Of a DNA stretch of 64,000 nucleotides, positions 13,585-27,220 are shown piece after piece (the stretch's first letter is position 1; each line of letters starts with the position of its first letter). This stretch comes from Hydrolagus colliei. Its lineage: Eukaryota. The notes below the pieces were generated by a model. It was not told where the DNA came from. It saw only the letters and a list, made by a program, of their open reading frames with translations, and did no database searches. The position numbers were made by a program, and so were the translations under genes. Location of the stretch: the NCBI GenBank assembly GCA_035084275.1, contig CM068756.1, positions 992,001-1,056,000 of the forward strand, read 5' to 3'.

Positions 13585-13870
13585 GAATTACATTCATGTA
13601 GCTCCTTTCATGATGGGAGGGCATCCCAATGTGCTAACGCGGCACTGGCTCCTGAGCCACAGTTGGGAGCCGAGGGTGTGGAAGGGGAAAGATGACTAAA
13701 AGCCAAGTGAAAGAGATAGGTCTTGAGATGGACCTTGAATGAGGTGAGGGAGGGAGTGAGTCAGAGGGACTGTGTGATGGAATTTCAGAGAATTGGGGGC
13801 AGGACGACTGAAAGCCTGTCCGCCGATAGTGGGACTGGAAGAGCGGAGACATGAAACTGGCGGAAGCTAA
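13585..13870 (-). mobile_element. L2 LINE 3' end
   Basis: TIGGQAFS...SFKVHLKTYLFHLAF-like translation followed by L2 tail. Confidence 0.75.
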
Positions 13871-14270
13871 TGATAAGCAAAAGCGCAAATGGTTAGAAAT
13901 CACAAATTATACGATCACAACACTACGTCAGAAAAAGATGCAACAAAATGACTGTTCTATATTTGTAACACTTATTGTTGAATTATACAAGAGACTAGCA
14001 TATATCTGCTGGGATTTATTCAAAGGTTTGGATACTCAGTAGATGAGTCTCTGCAGGTGGTCTGTCTCTTTTTCAAAGATGACATAGAAAGGTATCATAG
14101 AAAAGATGGTTGAACTGAGCGGCCTTTGCTTTGAAGATAACCTATTACAGTCAATGTAGTAATGTGATGAACTCTGACCTGAGGCATATGTGCTATGCTA
14201 TGAATGGCCTTTGAAGTTGTTGCTTCATAGCCTTAAACTTGCAGCTCTGCTCACTGACCGACTGACCTAC

Positions 14271-14424
14271 CTGCTGTTGCAGTATTTTCATCTGCTCTCT
14301 GGTGTTGTTAACTTCCACTTCCATCTTGTGAACAGATTGCTGTTGCTTTATTCCTGCCTGGACAGCACTTTCATGATTCTGTTTACTCTGTGTACTCTCA
14401 GCTTTGAGCTTTTCAATCAGTCTC
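14271..14424 (-). CDS. PMFBP1: PMFBP1-like exon (154 nt, phase 2-0)
   Basis: atacag|G...CAG|gtaggt; RLIEKLKAESTQSKQNHESAVQAGIKQQQSVHKMEVEVNNTREQMKILQQQ; restores phase 0. Confidence 0.85.
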
Positions 14425-17150
14425 CTGTATATTTAATGTAAGAGAAGGTAGTCAGAGAAGGATGTTGTATGGCACAATTGTTTAGAGCTGCTCAGATTCA
14501 TTCAAATGTTTAATCCACTGATACCCACCCAAGTTTACATAGAGTTCCACATCTTATGGATGCAATGGTTCCCATTCCATGAAAATATTGATAAAAAATA
14601 GCAAATATTAGAAATTAAAAATGAAAATAAGAAAATAACTGCAATATTCAGCAAGTCAAGCAGCATATGAAAGATAATAACATTCTTACTCGGTTGCTGG
14701 CCGTGTTGAAGTTTCTCTCTTAGATTTTATTGACTTGCAGTTAATTTTTAACAGTTTTTAACCTGAAATATTGGTTGATATCTACATTTTATGTTTTTAA
14801 AAATATATAAATCTTTGATCAAATCAATACTAACAAACGGAGGCCAGACATGGATTCCAGATTACAAATTTGTTCAGCATCTGGAGCTCCTCCAAAATAG
14901 ATTTAAGAAGAGAATCGAGCTTCTTAAGCACATTTCCAATGACTCCCTGGTGGAAAGATTTGCTTTACGTTAGCTTGGTGCCTTTTAGTAGCATGGGCTG
15001 AGGTGGACCAACTGACTACTCAGGTATGAGACTGATAAATTACCACTGCATCGAGGGAGAGCGGTGAGTGCAGTATACCAAGTACAGCTTCATTTTGAAA
15101 GTGATGACTACTACAACTTAGGTAGTTAATATATACCTTCATTCACTGCACTTCACACACTATGAACAAAGAATACGGCAGAGGACTCTGTTAAGAGCAC
15201 AACGATTTATAATAACTTTCTGAAGTCTTTGATCTTGTTCACACCATGCTGATACCTCAGGCCGTCAAAAATACCTGCAGTGGCATTAAGGCTCTCTGCC
15301 TTGTGTCATGGGGATCCACCAGTTCTTTTTACACCATGGTGGGATCTGAACATTCTCGTGGTGGAAAACATAGCTAGGAGCAATGTCATTTTCTATGATA
15401 AAATTGTATTAATGCCGTAGGATTGAAGGGATGCTGCACCAGGTTGGTGCAGAAATTAAGATTTAATGGTGGGATCAAAGGTTTAGTAGGGAGAGCAAAC
15501 ATGCTAAGGCCTGTTCGTATAACACAAAATCAATTGTTGTAATCCCAAGAAATGCTCTTGCACAAGGAGATGAAAGATAGAAATAGATATTTCATATTAA
15601 TAATAAATAAATAAATACAATTGATTTGCAGGTTGTCCAGTCCATTACTAAAAAAGACAGAATGCATGCTCTTGTATGTTCTTTATCTAATTTTCCCCTC
15701 CTTCTCCCCTGAAGGCATTTGACTCTGTTTTCCCCTTGTAATGGGGCTATGGTTCCACAGACACTGGGTGACTCGCTATTCATCCAGTGTTAGTGGCCTG
15801 TTCAACCACAGGGCATCGCACCCAAACATCGATCCTGTTCTCACCTAACACACACACATGGACTTTCCAGTAGGAGAATAGAGGTTTGTGGCTAGTGATC
15901 AGCCGCTAAACCTTGGATGACTATCATCCCCCTATTACATCTTCGCAAACCAGGATGTTGAGGTCATTGGTAGCTCTTCACTCCCTCCCTTCCACAACAA
16001 TTAATCAGTTAATCAGCTTTCATTTCTCCTAATAAGTGAAGTGAGATAAATAACTCATTGCATTGACAACGTGAGTGTGATTCTCTACTGTGATACTCTA
16101 CGCAGCACAGGAACCCAAACAATGTTTGCCTTCCTGAGGCTAACATCCTTAATAACGAGGCTAGCATCTAAGAACAACCAAAAGCTTTAGTTCTGGTAGA
16201 ATAAGAAAGTCATTGATCTGAAAATCTGTGAGGTAATTCCATTCTCATTTATTATTATTGTTACACGAGTATTCCTATGGAAGCGTTCAATGCAGTAGAT
16301 AAATGCCCCATCTATAACAATGTGTGAAGTCACAAGAAGCTATTTTTCATGCTGCACTGTATTTACTCATTCATTCTGTCAAAATAAATATTTCTCACCG
16401 AGAAAAGTCCAAACAACAAACAGAACATCACAAACCACTAACTCCTATAACGGTTAATCGATACGCTTGACTCCCAATGCCTCTCTCCTCCGCCCAGGCC
16501 ACCAGCCCTACACAAAGCACAATCAATACACCAGCAATTACATTTGCCAGCTGTGTAGCAGAAGATACTTAAGGAATTATTTCAGCTTTGACAAATACCC
16601 AGTTTATTCTTCAGACCATCATTTAATTACTAAATCCAACCTAATACTTATTGGCATATTGTGTAGTTAACACTTCTGCTCACTGACTGTGCAGACATCC
16701 TTTTTCTTTAAATAATGATAGGAAAGCATTCCACCACCAATGTCATTTTGCCTTTCTGGTAACCCAATGAAGTGAATACCTATTATTTAATGGTTCAAAT
16801 ATTCCAGATTATTAAAAAGCTTTGACTGAAAGGATTAAATGTGTATCCATTTGCTGTTGGCGACTTTGTGTTGAATGGAAGATTTAGATAAGGCAGAAAA
16901 AAACAGTTTAATGAAACATGAAGATGTTTGATATCTTAGTTTAGGAAATGACAAGTAATGTTTTTGAAAGCAGGTGTAAAAAACTACAAATAAATATTTA
17001 TGTTATCAAAAATATAATTAAATTAACTAAAATAATACAGTGAGTGGGAATGGTTAGGAAGGATAGCTTTTAAACAAAAATCACTTTTTGGAGAGAGAAG
17101 TTCAATCGACTAATCCTGAATATAAGCAGTTAATTATTAGGATAGTACTC

Positions 17151-17455
17151 TGGAGTTCTGTAGCTCAGTGGTTAGAGCACTCGCCTTACAAGCGAGAGAC
17201 CTGGGTTCATTTCCAGGCAGGTCGAAACCTTGGGCAAGTTTTCTTACTCTGCACCCCTAATAATAATCCCTCAAAATAACAATAGTAATAAATTGGTCAT
17301 TTCAACCCAAAGATTGTTTGTGGGACACTGCTGTGTGCATCTGGCTGCCACATATCGCCCACAAATATACAGTCAATTAATTTTACAGCATATTCTGCAA
17401 AGCATTTTGAGACATCTAGAAGACGTGAAAACTGCTATATCAAAATGCAAGTATT
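17151..17455 (+). mobile_element. tRNA-derived Deu-domain SINE, full length
   Basis: TAGCTCAGTGGTTAGAGCACTCGCCTTACAAGCGAG head, same core and tail. Confidence 0.9.
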
Positions 17456-17708
17456 TTTACAATCAGAAACTGATAGTAAGTTGCAGCAACAGCCCGACAG
17501 AGAATTCTGATACACACAATTGATTTAATATCAATTTCTCTATCAGAAGAAGGTGGTTTGCATGAGGACTACCTTGGTTGATTATTCGTTAATTTACTTA
17601 ATATTTAATTATATTATACTTAAGTCAATTTGCCTAAAATGACCATTCTCAGCCTGTCATCCTTTTATATCGTTATTGGTCCGAAGGAGTCATCCTTAAA
17701 TTCCTTAC

Positions 17709-17898
17709 CTGCCCTCTTCCATTTCCTTGTCATTGTTCATTGCCCGTTCTTTCTGTGCCCTGAACGCGGCCTGCATCTTGCGGTTTGTCTGTTCGTGCCG
17801 TACAATCTCTGCAATACGATCGCTCAGTTGGTTTTGTGTGGTCTGCAGGCTGCTCTCCATCAACAGTACTTTTTCCTCATGATGTGCCAGGTCCTGCG
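17709..17898 (-). CDS. PMFBP1: PMFBP1-like exon (190 nt, phase 1-2)
   Basis: ttcacag|CG...GGCAG|gtaagg; (A)QDLAHHEEKVLLMESSLQTTQNQLSDRIAEIVRHEQTNRKMQAAFRAQKERAMNNDKEMEEG(R). Confidence 0.85.
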
Positions 17899-18317
17899 CT
17901 GTGAAGGAAACATGCCACATACTAACATACAGTACTTAATTGCTGTGCACAACTTTTCACCCACAAAACACACCGTCACTACACTTTACATTATGGGATA
18001 CAGTACATAGGTAGTTCGGCATGCGACTGTCAGGAAGGTGGAAGGCGAACTAGATAGACCTTGGCCTTTTTTTTTTGTGTAGCATTTCTTGTGTTCTTAT
18101 AAAATAATTTACTCTATGTCTAGGTTTACTGTTTGGGGATTTTTTGACATTTGTTTCTGAATCTGTTTTACTTTTAGCGATCTTTTCAATTCCGAAAAAG
18201 ACCGACTGCTGGCTGGCAAAGTTGCCACAGATGTTGGGAATTCTATGGGAATTCATTTTCCTTGATTTGATTTGAGAACTATTTGTTTTTCACTTAAAAG
18301 CAGAGCAAGCTTACATA

Positions 18318-18520
18318 CAGTAAAAGCCTGTATATCCGGCACCCGATCAACTGTAACTTCTGTGTAACCGGCACATCAAATAAAGTCCACATTCGATTAT
18401 CCAAAATTTATCCGTGAAAATATATTTTAAAAATGTTTGCGTTTTCGGCCGAATATCCGGCACGCGCTTTAATTGACATTGGCCAGGTGCCAAGGGTGCC
18501 GGATAAACGGGCTTTTATTG
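18318..18520. mobile_element. Tigger/pogo (Tc1-mariner superfamily) MITE, 203 bp
   Basis: TIRs CAGTAAAAGCCTGTATATCCGGCACCC / GGGTGCCGGATAAACGGGCTTTTATTG with TA on both sides. Confidence 0.88.
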
Positions 18521-18654
18521 TAAAACAGTTTGGGTCCATAATGCACTTCATTCAAATCTTTTACTATTGGAAAGCCAGCAGACATTTTCTGACACATTTT
18601 AAATATGCCAATGTTGCCTGAAAGTGGTGCAAGCTGAATCAATAAAAACTTTTA

Positions 18655-18820
18655 AGAGAGAAGTAGATAATTATTTGGGGAGGACAAGTTCGCAGGGCTA
18701 TGCGTAGAGAACGCGGTGCAGTGGGATTGATATGGGCAGCTCTCTTCAAAGAGCCAACACAGACACAATGAGCCGAATGGCTTCCTTCTGTGCTGTTTAA
18801 CTCTATGATTCTGTGATTTT
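18655..18820 (+). mobile_element. CR1-type LINE 3' end
   Basis: CAAAGAGCC..CACAGACACAATGAGCCGAATGGCTTCCTTCTGTGCTG..CTATGATTCTGTGATT tail typical of CR1. Confidence 0.7.
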
Positions 18821-21800
18821 ATAACTTGACCAATATTTATCCCAAGGCTCCAGTGTTCCCACATTATCTACTTTAGTCAATAATTTTGTGAAACTCTGCT
18901 GTTTTCCAAGACGTTTGCCCCATAAATATTTAAAATCAGCAAAATGTCATCGTAATTTGTCAATTTAATATTTTGGGAACGATAGATTTCACCTGCTATG
19001 TTAGACTTTTACATATACGGTCACAAATGTAATCAAGCGACACAGGCAGTCTCTTAAAAATACTTAATACACAAATTTTGTTCTTAAGTGGACATTGGCA
19101 CAAGAAAACATAATTTGTGACAGCATCTTTTATAAACACTATACTTCCCTGTTTGAATAACATTAGTTAACGTGAATATATAACCTGTATACGATATATT
19201 AATATTAAATAATATCCTATTATTAAAATGTTATCACTTTCATAGAATGTAATAGCTTTCTTAAATAATTAATAGTAGTTAAGATATTAATAAGTATGAA
19301 TAGTTTGACTATCTCCCTTCTAAACTGCGACAAATTTGTACACGAGATACCAGCTTAATGGAATTCCTGCTGTCAATGTATAACATACTATATATGTGAT
19401 AAGCAGACCAGACCTTGCTTAAATATTCCAGTTAATTGAACCCTATGAAAATCACAAATGATCAAAACAGTGACAAGCCTCTGTGAAGTTGGATCAGCCA
19501 GTTGTACAATAACTGTCTGGACTGTTGTATTCTAAGGAACTTGGTTCAGGAGCCATCAATCATTCAACATTTTATATAAAGTTTTAAATAATAAAACTGT
19601 TTTAAATATTGCTGTTTTAAAGAATAACATTTTCTATTTTACATAATTTTGGCCTAATTAATTAATCTGAATTTGCTGATTTAGATTTAGAATGATCGTC
19701 AATTTAATAAAACAAAATTGCGGTAGAAAAAAGAAAAGGAATTACTGTGATTATTAACCTGACTTAAACTGAAGCTATAATTCAAGATGAGATTTGAAAT
19801 TTACTTTTGTTCAGACGGATAAATTAAACGTAGCATTTCTAAGAGAAAAGACAAAACATTTTATGGTGGTGTTTCCTACGCTTGTCCATTGCAGGCAATA
19901 GGGTTTGTGCAGGATTCATTTCCAAAGTGATGTTCTGTGTGATCTAGAAATTGATTAGGAACAGATATGTAACGCACATGCTATGTGAACAGTTTAAACC
20001 ACCAACAGGGGGTGTCAGCTACTGCTGTTTCACTTCAGTAATGAGGTTCTCCTCCAACCACCTCAGCTCCCAAAGGAGGTCTTACAGCAGACAGTTACTG
20101 AACTTGCCCGGCTCATAAATCTCCGTTGATGGATCAAAAAATTTAATCGAAAGGTTACGTAGAAGCAGAAAAATTCCCCGTTTACTCCATTTCCACTCCT
20201 CCTCCTGGGGGCATAATAATAAAATAGTGCCTTTGTACAGCCGGGCGGGAAAGATATGGCCCACAGGGAAAAATCGTTAGTTGGGCAAAACATCCAGTAG
20301 GACTGAGATATATGGACAGAGTGTGAAGCACTTCTCTTGTAAGATATTGATTTTTGAACAATATTGTCTGTTTTTGAAGGAATCAAATAGTCCTCATATG
20401 TGTCTTAACATTGATCATGTGTGGTTACTTGTGTAGTTAAACTCATCTAAATAAATTGAACTTGGAAAAACAAAGTGAATGAAATTAAAACAGGAACTCA
20501 AAACTGCTAAAGCTTTTTTTTTTAAAAAAAATTCTCAAAGGTCTGTTAAGGATTGAGCTCTCCCCCCATGGCTAGCTTTAATAAGCTCCAAAATCCCACC
20601 CCTTGTTAGCAGGGCTAGATAGTAAGAAATAAAAAGGTCCATCAATTCATTGCCTGAGGCAATGCTAGATTTGCAATACAGCAAAGGACATTTATGATTG
20701 TAGGCAAAAGGTTAAGAGCTGCTGTATCTCCGTAATGTATAACTGATAAATGTGGTTTGGTAACAAAGACACTGCAGGTCGAAATCACCAAAGCTTTGAG
20801 ATGTAAAGACATTAATATTGAGAACGGTTACAACAATTCAACAATTGGTAAAAGCAACTTATTTTGCTTTTCAGTTGTTTTGACAAAGACAGGTCAAAGA
20901 AACAAAAGGGAGAACCTTTAGTGAAAAGTGGCAAGGGGGGCAAAGGAATGTGTTTTGTGTACATTCAAGGCAGACAAGTAAGTGAAGCACTACTAGTGTG
21001 CATTCATATTCTAACAGCTTCACTTATTTCGAAATAAGCAAATACTGTACTAAACAAATAAGCTAAGGGAGAACAGATGTCCAAGCTGTATTTTAATCTT
21101 TCATCTCAAGCATTCTGTAGCTGCTAATATTATTTTTAAAGTATACGTTTGCATTGAAATTTACAGTTTCCACAGAAGATTAACAGAAATCTCCTTGGAA
21201 ACTGTAAGGTCTTATTTTATTACTTTGTTTAACTATGGAATGGTCATTATCATCTGTTTAAAGTTGCTGAAATAAACAAGCAAGATGAAAACAAAAAGCA
21301 TATTTATTTATTATGAGTTTCATAAAGTTCAATAGATTTTCAGATCCTTTCTGACAAATAAATGCACATTTATTAAGTTCAGTGAGCTATTTTGCATTGA
21401 TATAAAAATTTGGGGGACAATTACTGCATCATGGCACCTACAATGACTAATAAAAACACAATTAGCCTGGTTTCCAGTTTAACAAAATATTATACTAAGA
21501 ATAATCTTATTCTTTTATTAGACAAAAGCATTTTCTAAATGCACCATTCATGCAATCACATTTTAGTTTATTTACTCTAATGCATCGAAAGCAAATGGTA
21601 TGCTACTCTTTTGCAAAATTTACTCCTAGGCTAGATTATCTGAGTTTCAATAATCGACTAAGACGCCATATCACTCCAGGCAAGAAATTTGTTGTTTTGC
21701 AATTTCAAACAAGAATATGGTTATGAATTTATATTGTAATACATCAGATTCAATATACTTTCCTAACAAGATTATCTATTCTCATTAATCTATCATCTTT

Positions 21801-21869
21801 TTAATGTAAAATAAATCAATTTGTGCAAATTACCAATCAAACTATGAGATTCTACGGCAGAGTCAACAC

Positions 21870-21970
21870 CAAATTTCCCGTCTGCCTACTCCAGCTGATG
21901 TTAAAGATCTTATGGCACTACTTGAAAACAGAGGTGAGTTTCACCCACTGTCCTGTCCAACAATCCTCTA
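21870..21970 (+). mobile_element. Degenerate Deu-domain fragment
   Basis: CCCGTCTGCCTACTCCAGCTGATGTTAAAGATCTTATGGCACTAC, similar to 36278-36320. Confidence 0.55.
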
Positions 21971-24900
21971 GAAAAAAACAGATCATTCACTCGTGGCTAT
22001 AAGCAAAACACGACTGTACCACAAACTGTTGCCATTTCACCTATAAATCCAGCCACTACACATTACATAGTTTATGTTAGAATAGCCAACTGGATAAAGA
22101 TCTGTTCTTTAACGTTATTATTACTTAAATTCTATTGATAACAAGTAAGCTGAAGGTGTCTGCTTTATGTCTGAATGCATGCTTTCATCTTTGGCAGCTT
22201 GCATCATATACATTTTTTTGCAAACAATTTCAAGGTTTAAGAATGATATCAATCTGTCACCTTTTAAGACGCAAACGACACAGAACATGACATTTTTTGA
22301 CAAGGATAAGATAAAGGGTAACAATGGGAAGTCTTCACAATCGGGTAAATAAGTCATCATCTGATTTGTGTGTTTTTCTGCAACCGCACAGAAAAACTAC
22401 TTCTAATAGGTCACCTGCATGTGAAATTTACATATGCACACCATCAATAATTACTAAAGCTTGGGGCAAACAGGTCGAGTGGCCTCGCAGACTTAAAACC
22501 AACGATTTGCACCTGAAGAGTGATGAGGTCAGAGTTTCACATCCAGTAATCTGCATATGTAATACCCTCTGTCGAGGCTAACATGGCAAGAGAAGAACTG
22601 AGTAGAACCTTTTCCCCAAGGAGGAAGGAAAGGAATGGAGCAAAAACTGTCAAATGAGTCACTTTGGGCCCCATTTCTGCAATGCCAATTCGTTACCATG
22701 CATCATTAGTTACTAATCTGGGAGCAAATTACTCCTCGTTCCTTGGATAGGAGGATAATTGGCACAAGATAGCATAATGAAATGAGGTAACATGGAACAG
22801 AAATGAAAAATAAATTATACTTTGACGTTCTGTGAGATTAGATCTGCAGCAGTCAAAATACAGCATAAATATTTTTTACTGTAGTGTTACTAGGGTAACC
22901 ACAATGTGCTCAACACACAACATGGGACTTTTGGAGATTGTAACTTCAACCCTAGATTATGGTCTTACAAAAGATGGAATACAATTCTTAACCCTCTGTT
23001 GCCTTTGCCATCACTACCATAGAGAATAGGGTACAAAATAGTATTCTGTTATAACGAACACTCTTATTTACAAGCATTGCACTTTTATGGTTAAACTGTA
23101 AATGGATATTCTAAAAAGGGAAAAAAATATGCTAAATCATCTGAAGGGAAACGCAAGGAACGCATTAACAAGTCATTTCTAGGGGTTAACTTATCAAAAT
23201 TCCAAGATTAAAAGGTATCTACTGAGGAATACATAAAGGGTAATTAACGGAAACATTTTATCAGTCACACCTTAGTCTCATACCAAAACATATCCCGACA
23301 TGTTTAATTTTGAGTTTCTCACCTCACTAACTTTTGAAAATCTTTTGCCCAGCGAATTATTTTTTAAGCATGACTTTGAAAAGTTGCTTAAAATTGTTTT
23401 GATGTGATTCGAGAAAAACAAAATTTTCTTTGCAGTTAAGGTAAACACAAAGTAGAACACATACAACAAATTCATTTCTATAATGAATTCCTTACAGACT
23501 AAATATGGTGGTAGTTAACATCAAAACAATTCAAACGGGAATATATATTTCTGATTATCAAGGAGAATTATCTTGATTATTAAGGATTATCAATGTTTGC
23601 TTAAATTATGTGTTTTATAGCAAACTGATTATTTATGATAAACTGAGCTCCGGGTTATGATGCAATCTCATTAGTACAAAACCTTTAAAAATATCACTTT
23701 TCTGCAGAAATGAACTGAGGCTGATAGTTGCAGTCTTCTTACTGTGCCTCTTGCCAAACATATCACATATTGTACTGATGAAAGGAAATATCTCAAACAG
23801 ATTAAAGAAATCGCAAATAACTTTTAGCTGCTAGACAGCTGGATGCATTCCTGCAAGATTGTACGAATAGTGTTCTTCGACAAATGTAGGGTGGACAAAA
23901 TACAAAGTAGAGTGGGCAGATTTATGCTGAAAGATACTTTGAAGTTTTTCTCTGCATCAGATTTCGGATCATCCCGTATGAAACAGAAATGCTTGTATTT
24001 TCCCAGGACTTCAAAGTCAATCTATAGATTACTTTTCCTATCATTTTAATCAACACCGCATCAAATGTTTGCAAGAGTTTCACCATTTGTGGATTCTTGG
24101 AGTAGCTATTAATTACCACAGTAGATCACAGTTATTAATTGCCAATTTAGACCACATCGAATAGAGTGTCCATACACTGAGAAACTGTTATTACCGTACT
24201 TCAGGGTAATGTGGTGGAGCCAGTCACAGACAAAGCCTGTGCTTCTATAAAGAACTCATAGTTGGGACTTTCTGAGACTCCAGAGAGTTCCAAAACTCGG
24301 TGGTTGACCTGTGAAAATAGTGACCAGTTACCTGAATGGAAATGAATGCTCATACCAGCATATATAACACCCACAAGTGTTTCACACAACTGACTCTTCG
24401 GGCCATAAGTTAAAGCAACTTGTACTTCGATAGCACGTTTTAAAGGGAGAGGAAGTAAAGAGGTTCTCAAAGAGACATAGAGGCTTGAGACACAGCTAAC
24501 AACACTCTTTGGAGTGAGGACGGCATCTTACTTTATTGACCCGTGCCTCATAATATTAGTATCCTGCCACCGATTGTTGCATTAATATACCCCAATGTAA
24601 CTTTGAGTGTTGGACATAGAAAAAAATACCCTGCAAAAGTATGTAAGAAAAGAACTTTGGTGAACAATTGAATTGTATATCAACACATCCATTTTGTGTT
24701 ACAGATACTTTCATTTTCAATTGGGAAGTTGTACGAGGTGAAAGTGTGCCCACAGCAACTGAAGGCTGATGTTACTCTAGGCTACCTCCGAGTATCTTTG
24801 CTGTAGTATTCTTCAGTTTGTGAATCTCTGTAGAGAAAATCAATACCAAATTGGCAGGAGCTCCCGAGGCAGGTTACATCTTACAATCGGGAAATGACAA

Positions 24901-25241
24901 GTATTTGTGATGCCAGCAAATCCATCATATCACTTGTATGGCGGGCGTTATCAATATTGCTTTCGCAATATTATAAGGTAATTCAATGAATGCAAAAAAA
25001 AATTGAACAATCTTTTCAAGTCTTGTTGAGTCTGAAATTATACATGGAAATTTCAGGGAAATAGATTTTCCATTCCAAACATTATATATTTCATGTTAAT
25101 ATATTTTTAACCCCAGATTCTTTTTCACAATAATAAACTAGGATATTTTCTATTTTAAGTCTTGATCAGGTATATATATACTGTATATATATAACATATA
25201 TATTTTTTCAGGGTGTACGAGTTATTTCCTGCAAGCCTTAC

Positions 25242-25488
25242 CCGATTGTCTGCACTGCTTGTTGGCCTCTTGCAGCTCCTGTTTCAGCCGCTGTATCTCA
25301 GCCTTGAGGGAAGTATTTTCATTCTCTTTTTGTTGCTTTTCCTTCTTATGTCTCTGAAGCTCCATCTCCAGGCATTTTACCATAGTGCTCTGCTTCTCGA
25401 TTTCTGCTGCCTTCCCTTTGATTCTATCACGGGCCTGGAGCAGGTCTGCCTCGGACTTCCTCAAGAGGTCATCTCTCTTCTGTATTGC
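25242..25488 (-). CDS. PMFBP1: PMFBP1-like exon (247 nt, phase 0-1)
   Basis: ctccaaag|GCA...TCGG|gtaagg; EIEKQSTMVKCLEM...LKAEIQRLKQELQEA resembles recalled ELEKQQCMATELEM...LQAEVQKLKNSLEEA. Confidence 0.88.
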
Positions 25489-26902
25489 CTTTGGAGGAAA
25501 CCAAGGAGAGTAAGTAGAGTGCAAATTCACTTCTAAGGGCATTATTCAAGGGGCCCAAAACCTATACTTAATCACTCAGATCAGAAGTTGATAATACCCA
25601 TCAGAGGCCACATTAGAGGCTAAAAACAGAAAGATCAAAATGAATACATAGCTTCAAACGCCACATTCATCCCAGAAGAGCTGAATTATTAGGAATAAAG
25701 CTATAGGCCTATGATAAAGATTCTTAGCTTCAGATGTAACTTATGGCCCTGAAATATGGATCAATGATTGCTAGAAGCAGCAATTTTACAAACTTTATTG
25801 GCAGGGTTTCAATTTAATATTTTGGAATAACTCATTGCTTGCTTCAAAAAGAGAGTGAGTCCTTTTTTAAAACAATATTTATCTACACTAGGCTATAATT
25901 TACACCACAAAACCAGTTTGATCAAGAGACTGGATTTGCTGAAACAGAAGGATAAAATTCTGCAGTATATTTAATGTAATCATGTTCTTAGGTTCTGCTC
26001 CTTTAAAGTGGTGTTAAGAAAAATTATAGGTAACTTTCATTCCTGAAAAAGAAACCTTGTAAGGTTTTCACTTTAAATACTAAATTTGTTTCCACAACAA
26101 ATTATTCATGTTGTTTTGGGTCATGAAATATTTAAGCAGCAAAAGTATTGAAATAAAGTTTAAGCCCACTTGTGACTAACTCTGACGTACAGTATTTAAA
26201 TCCCAGTTGCCTGCAAACTTTCCCTAGGACAAGCTTTGTTTACAATAACGTCAAGTCTGCCTCTGACACATAATATTCTTAGACACTCATTGTATCTTAT
26301 CTAATTAGAACAAAATTCAATTGTTTTAGTGTTTCAAAAAATATATATATAAAATTTAAGAAGTGTAAGTGATAATTATATGTTCCATCCCATTGCTGCT
26401 CATTGCCAATCATTCTAAATAGGAAAATTTCACGCCAGGAATTAGTCACAAATTTGCCTCTAGCCAGTATCAGTTTTGACCATTGTTTACGCTAAATTGC
26501 TAACGACTTTTTCCACATCATTAGACAGGCAATCAATTTGTTTGCTGGCAGAAGTTGGATTAGAACAACTCTCAGGAGAGGGCATGTTCTTGGGAAATAC
26601 ACATTGATAAGGCAGATAGAATCCTGGATACATTTACATATGAGCTTGGTATTCCAGGAATTGGCCTAATCAAAACACTCAGTGCCACAAGCATAATTTC
26701 CCCCTCATTCGTAATGCATGGGGAGAAAATGTTGCCTTTGGGGTGAAGTCTATTCCTTTGAACCTCTTCTGACTGGAACTTTACATCTACGCATGGCAAT
26801 AAATAGACAGATTGAAGTTTCAACATGAAATCCTTTTTTTCAAACACTAGCTGCCATGTTTTGTCCATAAAATATGCAGTAACTATACTTTAAAATATAT
26901 TG

Positions 26903-26972
26903 TGTGAAGCGCTTTGAGACGCCTCGACGATGTGATAAAGCGCTCAATCAAATGTGAAGATTATTATTATTA
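26903..26972 (+). mobile_element. SINE/L2-type 3' tail
   Basis: GTGAAGCGCTTTGAGACG...AAAGCGCTCAATCAAATG...ATTATTATT. Confidence 0.7.
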
Positions 26973-27062
26973 CAAGATAAGTTACATGTTATTTAGGAAT
27001 ATACATTAAGATGAAACCATCAGCAATATGAACCTTTGTGAACCAGTCCTTTAACTGCTCAC

Positions 27063-27220
27063 CTCTTCTTGCTGCATACAAGACTTGCGACAGTTGCGGA
27101 GGTCATTTTCCAATCGCTTAATGTGTTGTTCCATTTCAGCTGACTCTATTTTGTGTTTTTGCCCCTCAGAGGCCACTTCAAGCTGCAGGTTTTGGACAAC
27201 CTTCTCCAACCTTGCCACAT
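27063..27220 (-). CDS. PMFBP1: PMFBP1-like exon (158 nt, phase 1-0; absent from ORF track)
   Basis: tttaaag|AT...GAG|gtgagc; (D)VARLEKVVQNLQLEVASEGQKHKIESAEMEQHIKRLENDLRNCRKSCMQQEE; phase complements preceding exon. Confidence 0.85.

Noticed and set aside
20002-20252. CTCF-like CCAACAGGGGGTGTC (20002) and E2F-like GGCGGGAAA (20244) motifs as an internal promoter or insulator
   Set aside because: Single imperfect or short motifs expected by chance in 64 kb; no CpG island
25213-25536. Leu/Phe-rich plus-strand ORFs (also 14190, 17630, 40274, 44716, 57408) as membrane proteins
   Set aside because: They are antisense shadows of the Glu/Lys/Gln-rich coiled-coil exons
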